Positions 1-15,398 of a stretch of 64,000 nucleotides of DNA are shown here, in pieces. How positions within the stretch are numbered: position 1 is the stretch's first letter; each line of letters opens with the position of its first letter. The stretch spans positions 21,898,954-21,962,953 of the forward strand of contig CP154954.1 in NCBI GenBank assembly GCA_039621445.1, read 5' to 3'. The notes under the pieces are model-generated. The model saw only the letters and a list, made by a program, of their open reading frames with translations. It was not told the DNA's origin and ran no database searches. Made by a program: the position numbers and the translations under genes. The DNA comes from Euglena gracilis (taxonomy: Eukaryota).

Positions 1-2811
<2,811 letters not shown>

Positions 2812-2894
2812 GTGTTTGTTTGCATACCATTTTGGCGCTTTCTTGAACCCCGCGTTGGGTTGGAGGAATGTGCTCTCTTTTGCCCCCCCCCCTC

Positions 2895-3211
2895 CAGGGA
2901 TTTTTTTAAGTTTGACCCCCCGGGGGGGGGGGAGGGGGGGGGTAGGGTGGGTGGGTCCGCCGGACCCCCTCCCCCCCCCCCCCCGGGGGGGGGGGGGGGG
3001 GGGGGGGGGGGTCCCCCCGGAGGGGGTGGGATATACTTTTCGGCGCCGCAGGCGCCGAAAAATTCTATTTTTAGCACTTCGCGATTTTTTCGGCCATTTT
3101 TTGTGGGTCCCCCGGGACCCCCTCCCCCCCCGGGCCCCCCCCCCCCCCAGGGGGTGGGTGGGTGGGGGGGACCCCCCCCCCCCCCCCCCCCCGGCCTTAA
3201 AAAAACCCCTA
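2895..3211. mobile_element. hAT-like MITE, poly-G/poly-C family (related to 16035-16286)
   Basis: TIR CAGGGATTTTTTTAAG / CTTAAAAAAACCCCTA; 8-bp flanks CCCCCCTC / CCCCCATC; internal CGGCGCC-GCA-GGCGCCG hairpin. Confidence 0.65.
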
Positions 3212-4626
3212 CCCCCATCCCAAGGGGGGCGGGCTGTGTGCGATGGGGCGCATTTTGGTCCGGCCAGAGGCCGGCGCGGAAAATTTTTCAAGGGCTTTCG
3301 GCCGACTTTGGCTGAATGTTGGGTGGGCTGGCCGGGTGGTTGACCCCCCACCATGGGGGGGGGGGTAAACCCCCCATTCCAATGCGCAGTGCCCAAATGG
3401 TGCACAATGTTCCCCAAGGGTCTGAAAGTGAATCCAAAAAAACGCCCCTACAAAAGCCATTTTACGTTGAACTGCTTTCGGGTAGTGCCCAAATAAATGT
3501 CACACACCTGAGGATTCGAAACTTCGGTCCGATGATGTGCACACCCCATGCATTTAAGTGAGGAGGATTTGCACGTTCATGTTTGGTTTGTTTTTGTAGA
3601 CAGGGGGAAAAGCGCTGTGTTTTCCTCATTTTCACACATTTTGTTGTGTATTTTTGTGATTTTCAGGCGAATGCACATTCTTCGCACATTTTGTGCATTT
3701 TTTGCTCGTGATTTTATTTGCGTATTTTTTGTGTTAAACACATTTTTCTGTAACAAGTTTTATCTTGCGTAAATTTTTGTAAATGCTCTTTGGCAAAAGG
3801 GTGTACATTCCCGGGAGGTTTTTAGGAGTTTTCATGCAACTTGCAGTTTTATTCTTTTCCATCGTTTTGCATTGCACATTTTGGGGTGCCTTGTTGCATA
3901 TTCTCCCCACTAACCTTGACGATGATGCACGGAGGGCGGTGCCTTTTTGCATTCACTCTGCCTTGTTTCCTGGACTTGCAGCATTTTTATTGCATTTTCC
4001 AGTTGTTCGCTTTCCCCCCTGTCGTTTTCCGATTTGAAAGGACGGCAACGGGTGCTTGGACATTGTTCCCCTTCAGGGACAACTGATGCATGGGACTCTG
4101 GTCTCTTGGATTTGGAGGCAACCATCGGAGGTGTGTGTCAAGCCCCCCCCCTCCCCCCACAGAACCGAATTCCAATACCCTGCTCCATTTTTCCATTGGG
4201 CTCCCATCCTGACATTTCAAAAAGGTTCAGTGACCAGAAGGATCGGGTTGCGGAGGGAAACAATGAAGCAGCATTCTTGTTGCTCCAGATCCGGGGCAGC
4301 AGTTTGGTTTGGCTGTGGCAACCAGCGGCGACCGACTGCGACGAAAGCAGGAACAGAGGTCAAAGAAGATGCAACCGGCGTAATAGGGCATTCTGGCCAC
4401 CACCACTGCCCTGGTCTGGTGACGTTTCGCCCGGCGTTTTTCCCGCATCAAGCCATGTCACATATGTCACGTGTGACCGTGTGGCACAGGGCTCTTCCCT
4501 GCCGAGACTGCTTTGTGCCATTATCCCTGTCACCCCCCAGGGCCTAGGAAGGCACAGGAGGGGGGCACAGGTTGGCTGGCAGCCAGCCTGCCTCTGGTGC
4601 GAGCCAGCCCGCATCTTTTGCTCCAG

Positions 4627-4852
4627 GTTTCCTGGGGTCCTTCGTCGTCCTGCACCCGTCTGGCGACCCCGACGCCCCCGCTGTCGTGGCCGCCGCCACC
4701 ACCGCTGCGCTGGCGGCCGCCGCCCTCGCGGCTGCCGCAGCGTCGGCCGTCCACCGCACGCCGCGCGGTGGTGACCGCACGCCGCGCCTCCGGTCCCCGC
4801 CCCAGACCCCCCGCCCCGAATGGGACAGCCGCATCATTGCGAGCAGGGTCGG
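4627..4852 (+). CDS. Putative RbcX presequence exon (transit-peptide-like)
   Basis: Acceptor ttttgctccag; VSWGPSSSCTRLATPTPP...RRASGPRPRPPAPNGTAASLRAGS is S/T/R/P/A-rich with no acidic residues. The phase-1 donor G|gtcaga matches the 6821 exon. No start or signal-peptide exon was found. Confidence 0.45.
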
Positions 4853-6524
4853 GTCAGAAGCCCAGCACACCCCCAGACGGGGCTTTTTCGGGGGTGGGGA
4901 GCAAGGGCCTGTTGGGGGGCATTTCCTAATGTGCCCCCCAATTGGTTGGCAGCCTGTAGGCGCATCAGGGGAAGACCCATGAGGTTCAGGCAGGGCTCCC
5001 TCCACCCTGTCTGTGTCCCTGCCCTGCAAGCCCACGCCTCCAAGGCTCCAAGCAGGGCGGTGCACCCCCGATGGCACGCACATCAGATGAAAAAGGTTCT
5101 GTTGTCGTGTTGAAAATGCACAAGGTTGAGACATTACGCTGATGGTGTGATGGGAGGTGCAAAAATAAAACCCTCCGTGGTGGGTGGCAGTGCCAGGGTG
5201 GCGCCGCCCTGCCTCCGCCGGGAAAGCCGCCCCGCGTAAAGCCTCACGTCCCCGCCGTCCCCCTCCTCCTTCTCCAGGGCTGAATGGGAATCCCGGAAAC
5301 CAACAGGTGGTGGTTGTGGAGGTCCGACCCCACCACCCCCTTCCCGTTTTGCAGGGGCACCAATTTTACAGTAACGGTGTCTTCCGCCGGTCCGGCCCAC
5401 ACCATTGCTTGAGGTGTGTCCAACCCCACCCCCTCTCGGGGGGTGACTGATTGGTTTTTTTTTTGGAATGACTTGCTTTTGGCTCCAACCCACCCCCGGG
5501 GGTGGGGTTGGCCAGGATTGGCTAAAAGTGGCCACCCAGCGCCGAGGGCACCGGAAAATTTGTTGGAGCCAAAGTGGCCAACCCCCTCCCCCTTGAGGGG
5601 GTGTAGGAAGTGACTGACTGGTTTTTGAAGTGACCCTCCTCCTTTGGATGGGACAGCCAACCCCCCAGACCGTCCCATACAGCCCTGCTCAATCCCCGTC
5701 TCTGTTGGGCACCTGCTTTGCAAGTGCCCAGGAACGTTATGCGGTGTACAGCTCTGCCTCTCTCCCCCTTGACTCGACCTGCACGACCTGCACGCCCCAC
5801 CTGTGCACTTTCTGTGGGTTGCGCAGCGGGCTTGGGCTAAAGGGCCAACCACCACTCAGTGAGGGCAAAAGCACTCTGGAAGGGCAAAGGTGTGAAGTCA
5901 AAATTGTTTTTTTTGTCCAAAGAAACCATCCCAAATTTCTTTTTAATTTTAGCGGGTTTGCTTTCAGGGGAAGGCAAATCCGGGGTGGGTGATTGGGGTG
6001 GTTCTCAGGAGCAGGTGTTTTCTCAAGGCGAGGGGATGCTGCCCTCAGGGGGTCCTGCCAGCCAGCACCTTTCTTCCAGACAGTCTCCCAGCCGGACAGC
6101 CATCCCAGCCCAGACAGACATCTCCCAGCCGGTCTGTGGAAATAAAGTTTGGATCAGCCCAGCAAAGCGCCGAAAAAAAAATAGGTTGAAAGGGTGTAAA
6201 ATGACAAAAAATGTCATTTTTGAGGTTTTGAAGCTTTGGGTTTTCATGTCCAAAGTTTGGCTGAAAAAGTCCAACCTTGCTGGATTTGGGCGTATTTGCT
6301 TGTTTTTTAGGGTATCCAGGTCCAGCTGCCAGCCGACTGTACCCCCACATGTCAGATGTGGGACGACGCATATGAATCCCCGCTTTCCTGCACTGCCCTT
6401 TCCCTGGGTCACCTGCATGAATCCAGTATACCCCTTTGACCGCTGAGTGACTCAATCCCCCTTTCAGTGCAGCCCGGCGCATAAGAAGCGGGGGGGAGGG
6501 GCGACGTCAGCCGTCCCCCCCCCC

Positions 6525-6805
6525 CAAGGATGGATATTGATAATGGGTTTAGGGGGGTCCCGATACATTTGGATATATTGACACACTGATATCCTCGATA
6601 AAAGTCGATAAACCGATTTGATCATTTTGTGCCCCAATATCCTCATTTTTGTGATTTGGAGAATCCCAAAGCCGCCCAGAAAAAAACAACAACAAAAACT
6701 ACGTCCCCCCCAATAGAGCCAATATTTCACAATATTTTTTTCGGCCCGATAAATTCAAGGTCGTCAATAAGGCCGATATGGGCCGATATCCAATCTCCAT
6801 CCTTG
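6525..6805. mobile_element. MITE inserted in an intron polypyrimidine tract
   Basis: TIR CAAGGATGGA(T/G)ATTG at both ends; degenerate 8-bp TSD CCCCCCCC / CTCCCCCG. Confidence 0.65.
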
Positions 6806-6820
6806 CTCCCCCGCCCCCAG

Positions 6821-6912
6821 CACCAATGCCCGCCGCGACGGACCCCCAGGGGCCGCGGGCCGCGGCCTTGTGGTGCGGCGTCGTGGTCGGCGCCGCCTTG
6901 GGTTGCGGCTGC
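6821..6912 (+). CDS. Putative RbcX presequence exon (linker and start of hydrophobic stop-transfer segment)
   Basis: Acceptor cccccag; (A)PMPAATDPQGPRAAALWCGVVVGAALGCGC; the phase-0 donor gtcagc joins the 11444 exon. The exact donor is uncertain. Confidence 0.45.
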
Positions 6913-6984
6913 GTCAGCGTGGCGGCCAAGCCCCCGCTTGGACCGGCCGGAGGCCCTTGTTTGGACCGGCCGGAGGCCCCTGCG

Positions 6985-7120
6985 CCATGCCGCCATGTCA
7001 TGCAACCACATCACGTCATGCCGTCATGTCATGCCGTCACAGCATGCCGCCATGTCATGCCACCACGTCACGTCATGCCGTCACGCCATGCCGTCGCGTC
7101 ATGCTGTCACGTCATGTCGC
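6985..7120. repeat. Degenerate pentamer microsatellite (GYCAY)n
   Basis: Tandem GTCAT/GCCAT/GTCAC units. Confidence 0.85.
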
Positions 7121-10100
7121 CCCTGGGACCTGTGGGACGACCTCGGGTGTTGAGGTAGGTGGTGGGGGAGGGGCGGGTCAATGTGGTGGGGGGGGTCTGG
7201 ACCACCCCAAGATGTTGGGAGGGGGTCCAGGACCCAAACCTGGCTGCCAGCCAAAGTTTCAAGATTTTTCTTCTGGCGCTTCGTTCCGGAGGTGGAAAAT
7301 AATTGCATTTTCGCGGATTTTTTTTGAATTTTTAGCTTTCTTTTTAATATTTTTTAGCACTCTTCAGCACTTTTATGTTTTGGTGATTTCTCACCTTTTT
7401 GATCATTTCTTGATGTTTCTTTTTTTTGCATTTTTTGTTTTTTCTGAAAGGTTCATTTTTTTCAGAAAAATTCACATTTCAAAAACATTTTTTTTTTAAT
7501 TGTTCGCGAGTTTTCCCAGAGTTTCCTTGGGGGCGGTAGTTTGCTGAAAACAAATGTGAAGGCTTGAATTTTTTTCCTTGACATTAATTTTTTACATGAC
7601 TTCAGAATTTAATTTGAATTTCAAAGTATTTGTGTATGTTTAATTTGTGTTTTTCCCTCATCAATCCTCTTTTCCATCAATCTTTCAAGCCTCTAAACCA
7701 TTTTCTTTTCTAAACCATTTTCGATTGATTTTTTTGTTTTTGCAGTCTTTTTTTTTGTTTTTTCCCCACCTCTCATTTTTTTAAGGGAAAATAAAGAATA
7801 ATTGTGGTGGATTTGTGGTATTTGAAATCATTAATTTTTGATATCCGTTAATGTCTTTTTGTCTCCTATTAGTCTCATAAAACATTCAAACTGCAGAAAA
7901 TTATTTTCCTGCATACTTAAAAAAAAATTAAAAAAAATTAAATAAATGTTCTTCCTGAATACAAAAAAAGACACAACAAATCTCATCCCCCCCCTCAAAA
8001 ACCAATTAAAATTACAAAGGTCTCTTGTCTCTTATATATTTTGAGTTCTTTACTCACAAGTATTTTTATCAAGAATAATTTATTTCTGGTGTTGTTTTGT
8101 TGTTTTTAAGAACGTTAAAAAAAATATTTTTTCAAATGCTGAATTTTCATTGATTTATGTTTTCAGATTGATCCGTTTGTTTTTTTTTGTCTTGTGCTGA
8201 AGCATTCGAGAATTCCCATACTTTTATGACGCAACGGTGATAAAATGCAATAAAATTTAGAAAAATGTATAAAAAAAATATTGGAACAAAGTTTTGTGTG
8301 CATTTTTTTTTGAATTCAGGATTTCTTTTTGTATTTTGGGAATTTCGGGTATTTTCTTTGGTTCATAATGTGGTGAAGGTGAAGAATGACAATTTTTGAC
8401 ATTATCTTCGAAAAATTCAGGGTTCTTTCAACAATTGTTCACCGGTGTCTTCACCCTCGGCCGTTTCCCGAACCAAAAAAATATCTTAAAACCTCGTCGG
8501 TTTCGAGGAAGGGGGAGTCTGACCTTCATAGGGTTTCCCATACATCCCTGTGCAGCCCCCACCTCACGACCACGTTCAAATCCACCCACACCGCAACGGG
8601 AGAGACACACAAACGCCCACACAGACCATTAATTTGCCACCCATTTTCTCAACACAGGACAAATGTTTATTTTTTGGGAAAATGAGCAGAAAAGGCAGGG
8701 ATGAACAGGCAGACAGGTGGTTTTTTTTACACCAACCATATAAAGGCTTTGGGCCAATAAAAAAATAATTTGGCAATATTTTGGCAATATTTTGGCAAAC
8801 CACACACCCAATAAATTTCTGAAAGATGGGGACTTGCAGGCGATCCACGCCGGCGCACAGGACGGCCAGCAGATGCGTGCGGTTGCCAGCCGTGTGGTGG
8901 TGCGGATGGCCCACAGCCAGGCGGCAAACAATGTGTTTAACACAGCGAACCACCACTCCGGCCGCTATGGCAGCCCCAGGTGTTTGTCTTCAAACTGGCG
9001 CGAATGCGGTGTTGTTTTTTTTACACACGAGAGAGATCCCAGTGGTGTCATCCACTCCTCCATATCAGTCATATTGTTACATGCTGTCAGTGAAAAGGCC
9101 TCCCCATCAAAGCACATCAGTTTTGTCCAGGTTTTATCCCCTCTGTGGCGTTGGTTTGGATTAACTTGCAATCGTCCCCCCCCCAACCAGTGCACATATC
9201 TGGTGCTCAAGTGATTGTGCACCTCCAGAGCAGCCAAAATCATGGCTTTGATGAGTGACCCCCCTAGGCCAAAAATCCATCGGGAGAGAGTTTTTTAAAA
9301 AAAAATGAAGCTGTTGATTGCTTTTTTGCCATAGATAGACTAATTTTTTTCCAGTGAAAAAAGCTTGTAAAACGCCCATTTCGAGGACCTTTGGTGTGTC
9401 CTTAATAAGTGTGCATCCCTGGCGTTCTGAAACAATGTATTTTCACGAATTTCTGCATCTGCATTATTGAGGGATTATTTGTGACAGCTTTTTTTCCCCA
9501 GCGCACGCTTTTTCTGCGTGTGGTATTATCTTTCTTTATTGCTTTATGATATTTCACGCCATGCATAATGTGCTTCATTTAACTGGCCAGAATCGCAGTC
9601 AATTGAAGTCATTTTCAAAAGCCCAGCGGCATAATGGGGCCCTGCACATTGCAAGGTATGTCTAACCTGTAATTCAATGCCATTGGGGGGGGCCATCCCA
9701 CCATGTTTTCACCGTTTGTCAGTGCAATGATGGGACGGTGTCCATCTGTGCAATGCCCAGACTCCTTTACACCTATCTCCACCATTCTGATGCACACGGT
9801 GGAAGCCTCACCCTTTTCTGCCTCTGCAGCACTGGGGACGGCACCGGTTCCCCCGCCCATGCTTTCTTCGCGGACATCACCTACCGCCTTGGCTCGTTCT
9901 CCTTGGTGCGCCATCCCGACTGCCGTCGTCACATTCAAAGTTTGGGAGTGGTCGCGGTTTTCGCATTTTGACATTGTGGTGTCTGCCCCTCACCCCTTCC
10001 TATTTTTTTCGGAGGCGCCGATGTGGTAAACCATTTCCATGTTTCATACCTTTTCATGTTCCATGGACGACGGTGGGATATTTTTCTCCAAAGTTCCATA

Positions 10101-10608
10101 TGGCAGATGGTTTGGATGAGCACAGCACGGACAAAATAACACAAAATAAAAATGATAGGGAAAAAATTGACGGGGAAAAATGTTTGGAAAAATTCTTTTT
10201 TGGAAAATTTAATGATAGGATAATTCAGCTTCACAGAAATCGGTGGTAGACAGGGGGGAGTAGGGGGTCAGACCACACCCCCTCCCCCCTTCCGATGGAG
10301 GACCTCTGGACCCCCCCCCTGGAAATCAAAAAATTCTCCGGCGTTTGGCGCCGGAATGGATGAAAATTTTGGTGGATGTTTTGGCCGATTTTTCAAAAGG
10401 CGTGCAAAAACGCAAATTTGGCGCCCTTCAAGGCACAAAAATTTTTCTGGCGCTTCGCACCGACGATTTTTTGCTCGGGGGGGAGGGGGGTCCAGGCCCC
10501 CCCCGCCCCCCCCACTCACATAACGCCCTGCCTGTGGGGGGGTTCCAGCCAGCCAGCCAACACCTTTTCTCCAGCAGCTCCCAGCTGGGCTGTGGAACCC
10601 CCCAGGGG

Positions 10609-10989
10609 CAGGGTTTGATATAAGGAGGGCGTACATGGTTTAGGTGGGGGGGTGTCCCCCCCCCCCCTCCTACCAGGGGGTCCGGACCACCCCCCCCCCC
10701 ACCTGCCAGGGGGTCCGGACCGACCCTGGGAGGGTATCCGGGACCCCCCCCCAAAAAGGGTCAATTTTTTCCTCCAGCGCTTCGCGCCGAAAATTTTTTG
10801 CATTTTTGGCACATTTTTGCCCCAAAAGTGCCCAAAATGGCACTTTTGGTCGTTTTGGGGGTCAAAAATTTTCGGTCACCCAGACCGCGCAACTGTTTAG
10901 GTGGGGGGGTGTCCCCCCAACCCCCCCCCCTCCTGGCCCGCAGGGGGGGTCCGGACCACCCCCCCCACCTGTCCTTATATCGAACCCTG
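10609..10989. mobile_element. hAT-like MITE
   Basis: TIR CAGGGTT(T/C)GATATAAGGA; perfect 8-bp TSD CCCAGGGG at 10601-10608 and 10990-10997. Confidence 0.9.
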
Positions 10990-11443
10990 CCCAGGGGTCC
11001 AGTGGTCATAAAGTTTTCACAGCCCTGCTTTGCTGGGCTGAGCCGAAAGATTTTTCGGCACAAAGCGCCGAGAATTTCGCAAAAAAAAAAGTTCAAAAGT
11101 GGTGCCAAAAAATGGCCTTTTTGAGGGTTTGGGGGGGTTACCCCAAAAGCTTGGCTGTCAAAAATGTATCCCGGCTGGATCTGGGCTTCTTCCTGCTTTC
11201 AGGTTCCAGCCAGGCCCAGCCCAGCAGCCGAGTAGGACCCACCCCCTGGACCCCCTCCCCGAAGGGGGGGGGCCACCCAGCACCCTTCATCCAACCGGAA
11301 CTTTTCCCCCGCCGGCTGTCTGGACCCCCCAGGGGGTGCTCAAGGAATTCCCTCGCTGCGAGCAACTCCCAACCAGGCTTTCCCGTCCAATCTCAGTGCG
11401 GAGGGGCGCCTCCGCGCAGCCACCCTCCCTCTTCCTTTCGCAG

Positions 11444-11558
11444 GCCGTGGTGGTGGCGATGGGCCTGCTGGCCGCGCTCCGCCTCGTGGTGGGCCCAAAG
11501 GGGCGGGACCTCGCCCCACTGCCTGCCCCCATGGCGATGGCCAGCACGTCGGGCTTCC
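11444..11558 (+). CDS. rbcX: RbcX gene exon: hydrophobic segment and end of presequence
   Basis: Acceptor ttcctttcgcag; AVVVAMGLLAALRLVVGPKGRDLAPLPAPMAMASTSGF; phase-1 donor gtgtgt matches the 11911 exon; GC-rich third positions. Confidence 0.7.
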
Positions 11559-11910
11559 GTGTGTGCCCCTTCCTCACAGCACTGTTGGGGGTTACCGCCG
11601 CCTTTTGGGAAGCGGCCGTTTCCAACGTTCATTTTTTGCACCTGATCCAAGGGATTCCAGCCTCTTGTTCTCGTGGCGAGTTTGATGCGTTGCATGATTT
11701 GGCTCTCACATCGAACATAATGACCTGCCCTACCTTGCAATCTTGGCCTTTATTTCCCGTTTTTTCCGGCCGTTTGAGGCTCGAGCAAAGTACCCCCCCC
11801 CCAATTCACCCCAGGTTCAAATTTTCGAATGCAAATATATTTCAGTCATACGGGTGTTGACACTGAACCTACAGGTGCCTGGTGACCAGTTGTATTCTCT
11901 GTCCTATCAG

Positions 11911-12019
11911 CTGAGAAGGAGAGGTCTGGGAGTGAGGCCCCGCCAAAGCGGATGAGTGATCAGGATTGCACAGACGTGGAGAACCACCTGATGAATTACC
12001 TGACCTACAAGGCAGCAAG
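11911..12019 (+). CDS. rbcX: RbcX exon (start of the RbcX domain)
   Basis: Acceptor tctctgtcctatcag; ...DCTDVENHLMNYLTYKAAR resembles the plant RbcX 'NYFTYKAVR' motif; phase-2 donor gtgcgg. Confidence 0.85.
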
Positions 12020-12059
12020 GTGCGGACACGGCAACAATATCCCCATATTGATGAGACTC

Positions 12060-12560
12060 CGGGGGGGGTCGTAAATGAGGGGGCGGTCGTAGGTAAGGTG
12101 GTGTTAGAATTTTCGCAACCTGCAACCTGCAACCGGGGGGGGTCGTAAATGAAGGGTGGTCCGTACGACAAGGGGGGGGGGCAGGGAAGATAGCCATCAG
12201 CATGATCATCATGTCCACTGCTACAAAAAACTTCACAATTTCACTATCTAAATTTCACGAAGCTTACCTAAGCTTCTCATATCCACTAAAGAAGCTCCAC
12301 AAATTCACAAAAATAATTGATTTTGATATGAAGGAAAATGGAAAACATTCAGCTTAACCGAAAGCGGGCGAAGAAGGTCATTTAACAGAAACTTCAAAAG
12401 AATTTCCATAAGGTGGTTCAACGCAACAATCCAAATAATAACCCCACCTAGGAGTAAAACCTATATGGCCACTCTTCAGGTCGCAGGTTGCAGGTTACGG
12501 GGGTGTTACAACCACCCCTCCCGGTCGCAGGTTGCAGGAACCCGGTCATACGACGGGGGG
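12060..12560. mobile_element. MITE-like inverted-repeat element in an RbcX intron
   Basis: GCAACCTGCAACCTGCAACC (about 12115) is inverted as GGTCGCAGGTTGCAGG (about 12479 and 12523); ends not resolved. Confidence 0.45.
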
Positions 12561-13037
12561 GGGGGCGGATACAAGTAATTCAGATCTCCATGCAAAGGAT
12601 ATTGGTTTCCAGCAAAAGACGTCATATACCAAAAGGGTATTTTCATGAATCTTTCTGAAGAAGTAGTTCATTGGAAGTCCAAGAACTCGCCAAAATTTTG
12701 GGGCCTTTTAAAGGATTTTGTCCTTTTTTTTCAGCCACCAATTTTGTTGGAACCAATTTGATCTACCCCTCCCTCAGCCCAACCTCAGAAAACGCCTTGA
12801 TGCCCCCGTGGCACGATGCAGGACAGGAATAATACCGCCGTTGAGGGTTGAGGGTGCTTCAGATCCCCCCGCACTTTCTGCAAATGCTTTCTGTTCCTTT
12901 CTGTTCCCGAAAGGCACCAGGGAGGTCTTTCCCAAACCCTTGCACGTTGGGCCTTCTGCAGCTGGTCGCTCACCAGTGCCGTCGCCCCATCTTTTTTTAA
13001 CCGGGATGCCGGACCCTTTCTGAGGCGAGTCCCCCTT

Positions 13038-13107
13038 TTTTGGGTTCAATACCCAAACCCCAACGATCATTGGGTTGATCGTTGGGGTTTGGGTATTGAA
13101 CCCAAAA
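13038..13107. repeat. Perfect 32-bp palindrome with a 6-nt loop
   Basis: TTTTGGGTTCAATACCCAAACCCCAACGATCA, loop TTGGGT, then the exact reverse complement. Confidence 0.97.
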
Positions 13108-13182
13108 TGTGTGATTTGATTGGGGGGGAAGGGGGTTGTTGCCGAGTCGGGTTCGGTCGGCACCCATGGTGTGGGTCCCCAG

Positions 13183-13314
13183 GATCGTGCTGACCCAGCT
13201 GGTGGAAACGGACCACAGCCCCATGAAGGCGGACTACATGTGGTTCCGGCACTTCTGCCTCGAGAACTCCATGACCGACTCCGAGGGTTTCCTGAAGAAG
13301 CTGAGCACCACCCG
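13183..13314 (+). CDS. rbcX: RbcX exon
   Basis: ccccag|G ATC: IVLTQLVETDHSPMKADYMWFRHFCLENSMTDSEGFLKKLSTTR; phase-2 donor gtggct; strong GC3 bias; fits the RbcX pattern VLxQLxE...YxWF...N..TD...FL. Confidence 0.9.
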
Positions 13315-13452
13315 GTGGCTTTCCCCTTGAGCGGCAATCATCCCAAAAGTCATCTCGATGCTGTCCCGTTCTCTTCCCAGTGCTTGTGTCAGATCCTTGG
13401 GATGGATCGCGCGACCAGAAGTTCCAGTCGGCTTCCTGATACTCCCCAGCAA

Positions 13453-14058
13453 GCACCTATGCCGACCGCAGCCGACCGCAGCCGACCGCGGCTTTGGTGA
13501 CTGTCATAGGTAGGGTGCCGCAGCCGACCGCAGATTTTTTCCCCCAAGTCCACATTTATTGTCACATGACAATGAGTAAGTGGATTGTTTTTTATGCAAG
13601 GGCTTGTGAAGTTGATGCTTTTCTGGGCAAGCATTGCCACACAATGATTGGATTTTCTCCTTTGAGAGGTTGATGCTTCAGTCTTTCATGGCATTGCAGA
13701 TGCGGATTGCCATTAAGGAGTTTATTGCTAGTTCTTTGTTCTGTGTTCTCTTTGACAAGCGATGGCGCGAAATCATCCAAACTGATGACTGTCTCAACAT
13801 GTCTAATGGCACCCTTGACGCCCTTTTGTTTGTGAAAATGAATCGGCGTCTCTACAACGTTAGCGCCTGCCGGTGGTCGGACGCCGGAGAAGATTGTGTT
13901 GTCCCTCATGGTATTGCATTTTGGGAGTAACCACCTGTTCTTTTCTTTTGTCATCGGTGGTTTCGTCATCCAAGAGTGGGCAAATAAGTGCTGACCGCAG
14001 CCAACCCGCTGCCGACCACAGCCGACCGCGGAAAAAAACTTGGCCCTGACCATAGGTG
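13453..14058. mobile_element. Probable non-autonomous DNA element with subterminal GCCGACCGCA repeats
   Basis: CACCTATG...CATAGGTG termini; tandem GCCGACCGCA copies near both ends; no clear TSD. Confidence 0.45.
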
Positions 14059-14320
14059 CCTGCTCCCCAGGAGAAGGAAAATGGGAAACATGAGATTGGC
14101 CAAAGTGCTCACCGGCTGAAACATCATGCCTTTTGTTGTGGTGGTCATCAATTTTTTGTAATGATGCGAACTCGAAGAGTCGAGGTCTATTTTGCGTTAG
14201 CACGTCTGCTCTCGGCGGCGTCGTTCTGCTTCGTCACTGTGTCGCAATCCCGCCGCGAGGCGGCCGCTCCACCCAGCCCCACGCCCCCGGGCTGTGTGTG
14301 TGACGTCCTTACCTCCGCAG

Positions 14321-14525
14321 GCCGTCCTTCGCGGAGCGCCTGATGGTGACCCGGCTCGACGCCTTCACGCAGTGGTCGAAGGGCTATGCGGAGGGCCACA
14401 TGCGGCAGCGGCTGCTGGACAGCGACCTGCGCGTGCGGAAGCACCAGCTGGCCGCCGCCATCCAGCTGGAGGCGCGGGGCCGGACCCCCGTGGGGAGGGC
14501 CGCGGAGGAGAGGGGCGAGCCCTGA
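14321..14525 (+). CDS. rbcX: RbcX terminal exon
   Basis: ctccgcag|G: PSFAERLMVTRLDAFTQWSKGYAEGHMRQRLLDSDLRVRKHQL...stop; resembles the RbcX 'AERVMITRL...W.K' motif; in phase with the previous exon. Confidence 0.9.
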
Positions 14526-15122
14526 CGGCGGCGGAGCGCGCAACATCGTGAGTGACAGCAGTCACACCCCCAGCATTTCCGGAGGCACTTGGGTTTTGGG
14601 GATGGCTGGGCAGTTGCTGTTTCATTTGGCCATCATTTGCGTTGTCAGGTAGTGACCAACTTCTGGAGACCATCTCCCAAAGAATCTGCAGTTCGAACCA
14701 ATTACATGGAAATGACAAGTTCAAGTGTTGGTTTTTTGTGGGGTGGTCCCGGGTGTCATTTTTCGCCCGAAGTCCTGGCCCAAGGGACGGTGTTATTTGG
14801 GGGGTTGTACTCCTGAAATCTTTTGAAGTCGAAAAAGGAGGGCCAAAAGTGAGCTATGTGGCGTGAGGAATGGTTGAACACCTCTTGTGCATTTTCCCAA
14901 AAGAAAGTTTTGTCAAAGGTTGCGGGAATGAAGGGGAGGGGAAGACTTGCACTGGTTTTTGCACATTTGACAGCAACACGTTCGGAGTTCTTGGAGAGCC
15001 TTGCTCTTGTGTTGCCGTGGAGAGCTTGCGAAGTCGGACCCTCAGGGGGAGCATCATTTGAGGGGAGGGTTTAAATGGGCAGGAGGGGGAATTTGCCCTG
15101 TTTACACAAATGAATTTTGTGA

Positions 15123-15398
15123 GGCAGCCCGAAACTACTGGCCCCCCCCGGGGGGGCCCAGTAGTTAATCCGGGGGGTCAGAATAGTTTCTTTGCGTTAA
15201 TGATGGAATAGGGTTAGGTGCGCGACTTAGGCTTAGGGTTAGGCCTAATTAATAGACGGGTGTTCGGTGTACAAGTTAGGCCTAACCCTAAGCCTAAGTC
15301 GCGCACCTAACCCTATTCCATCACTAACGCAAAAAAAAAATTTTGACCCCCCGGATTAACTACTGGCCCCCCCCCGGGGGGGCTAGTTTCGGGCTGCC
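15123..15398. mobile_element. Foldback MITE with about 125-bp TIRs and telomere-like TTAGGG/TTAGGC units (Merlin-like termini)
   Basis: GGCAGCCCGAAACTA...TAGTTTCGGGCTGCC; perfect 8-bp TSD TTTTGTGA at 15115-15122 and 15399-15406. Confidence 0.9.

Noticed and set aside
11875-11910. Alternative RbcX acceptor at 11874
   Set aside because: It gives an in-frame TGA; the acceptor at 11910 has a better pyrimidine tract and the correct phase.
15210-15320. True telomere or chromosome-fusion site
   Set aside because: Only a few units, lying inside a TIR- and TSD-bounded MITE.
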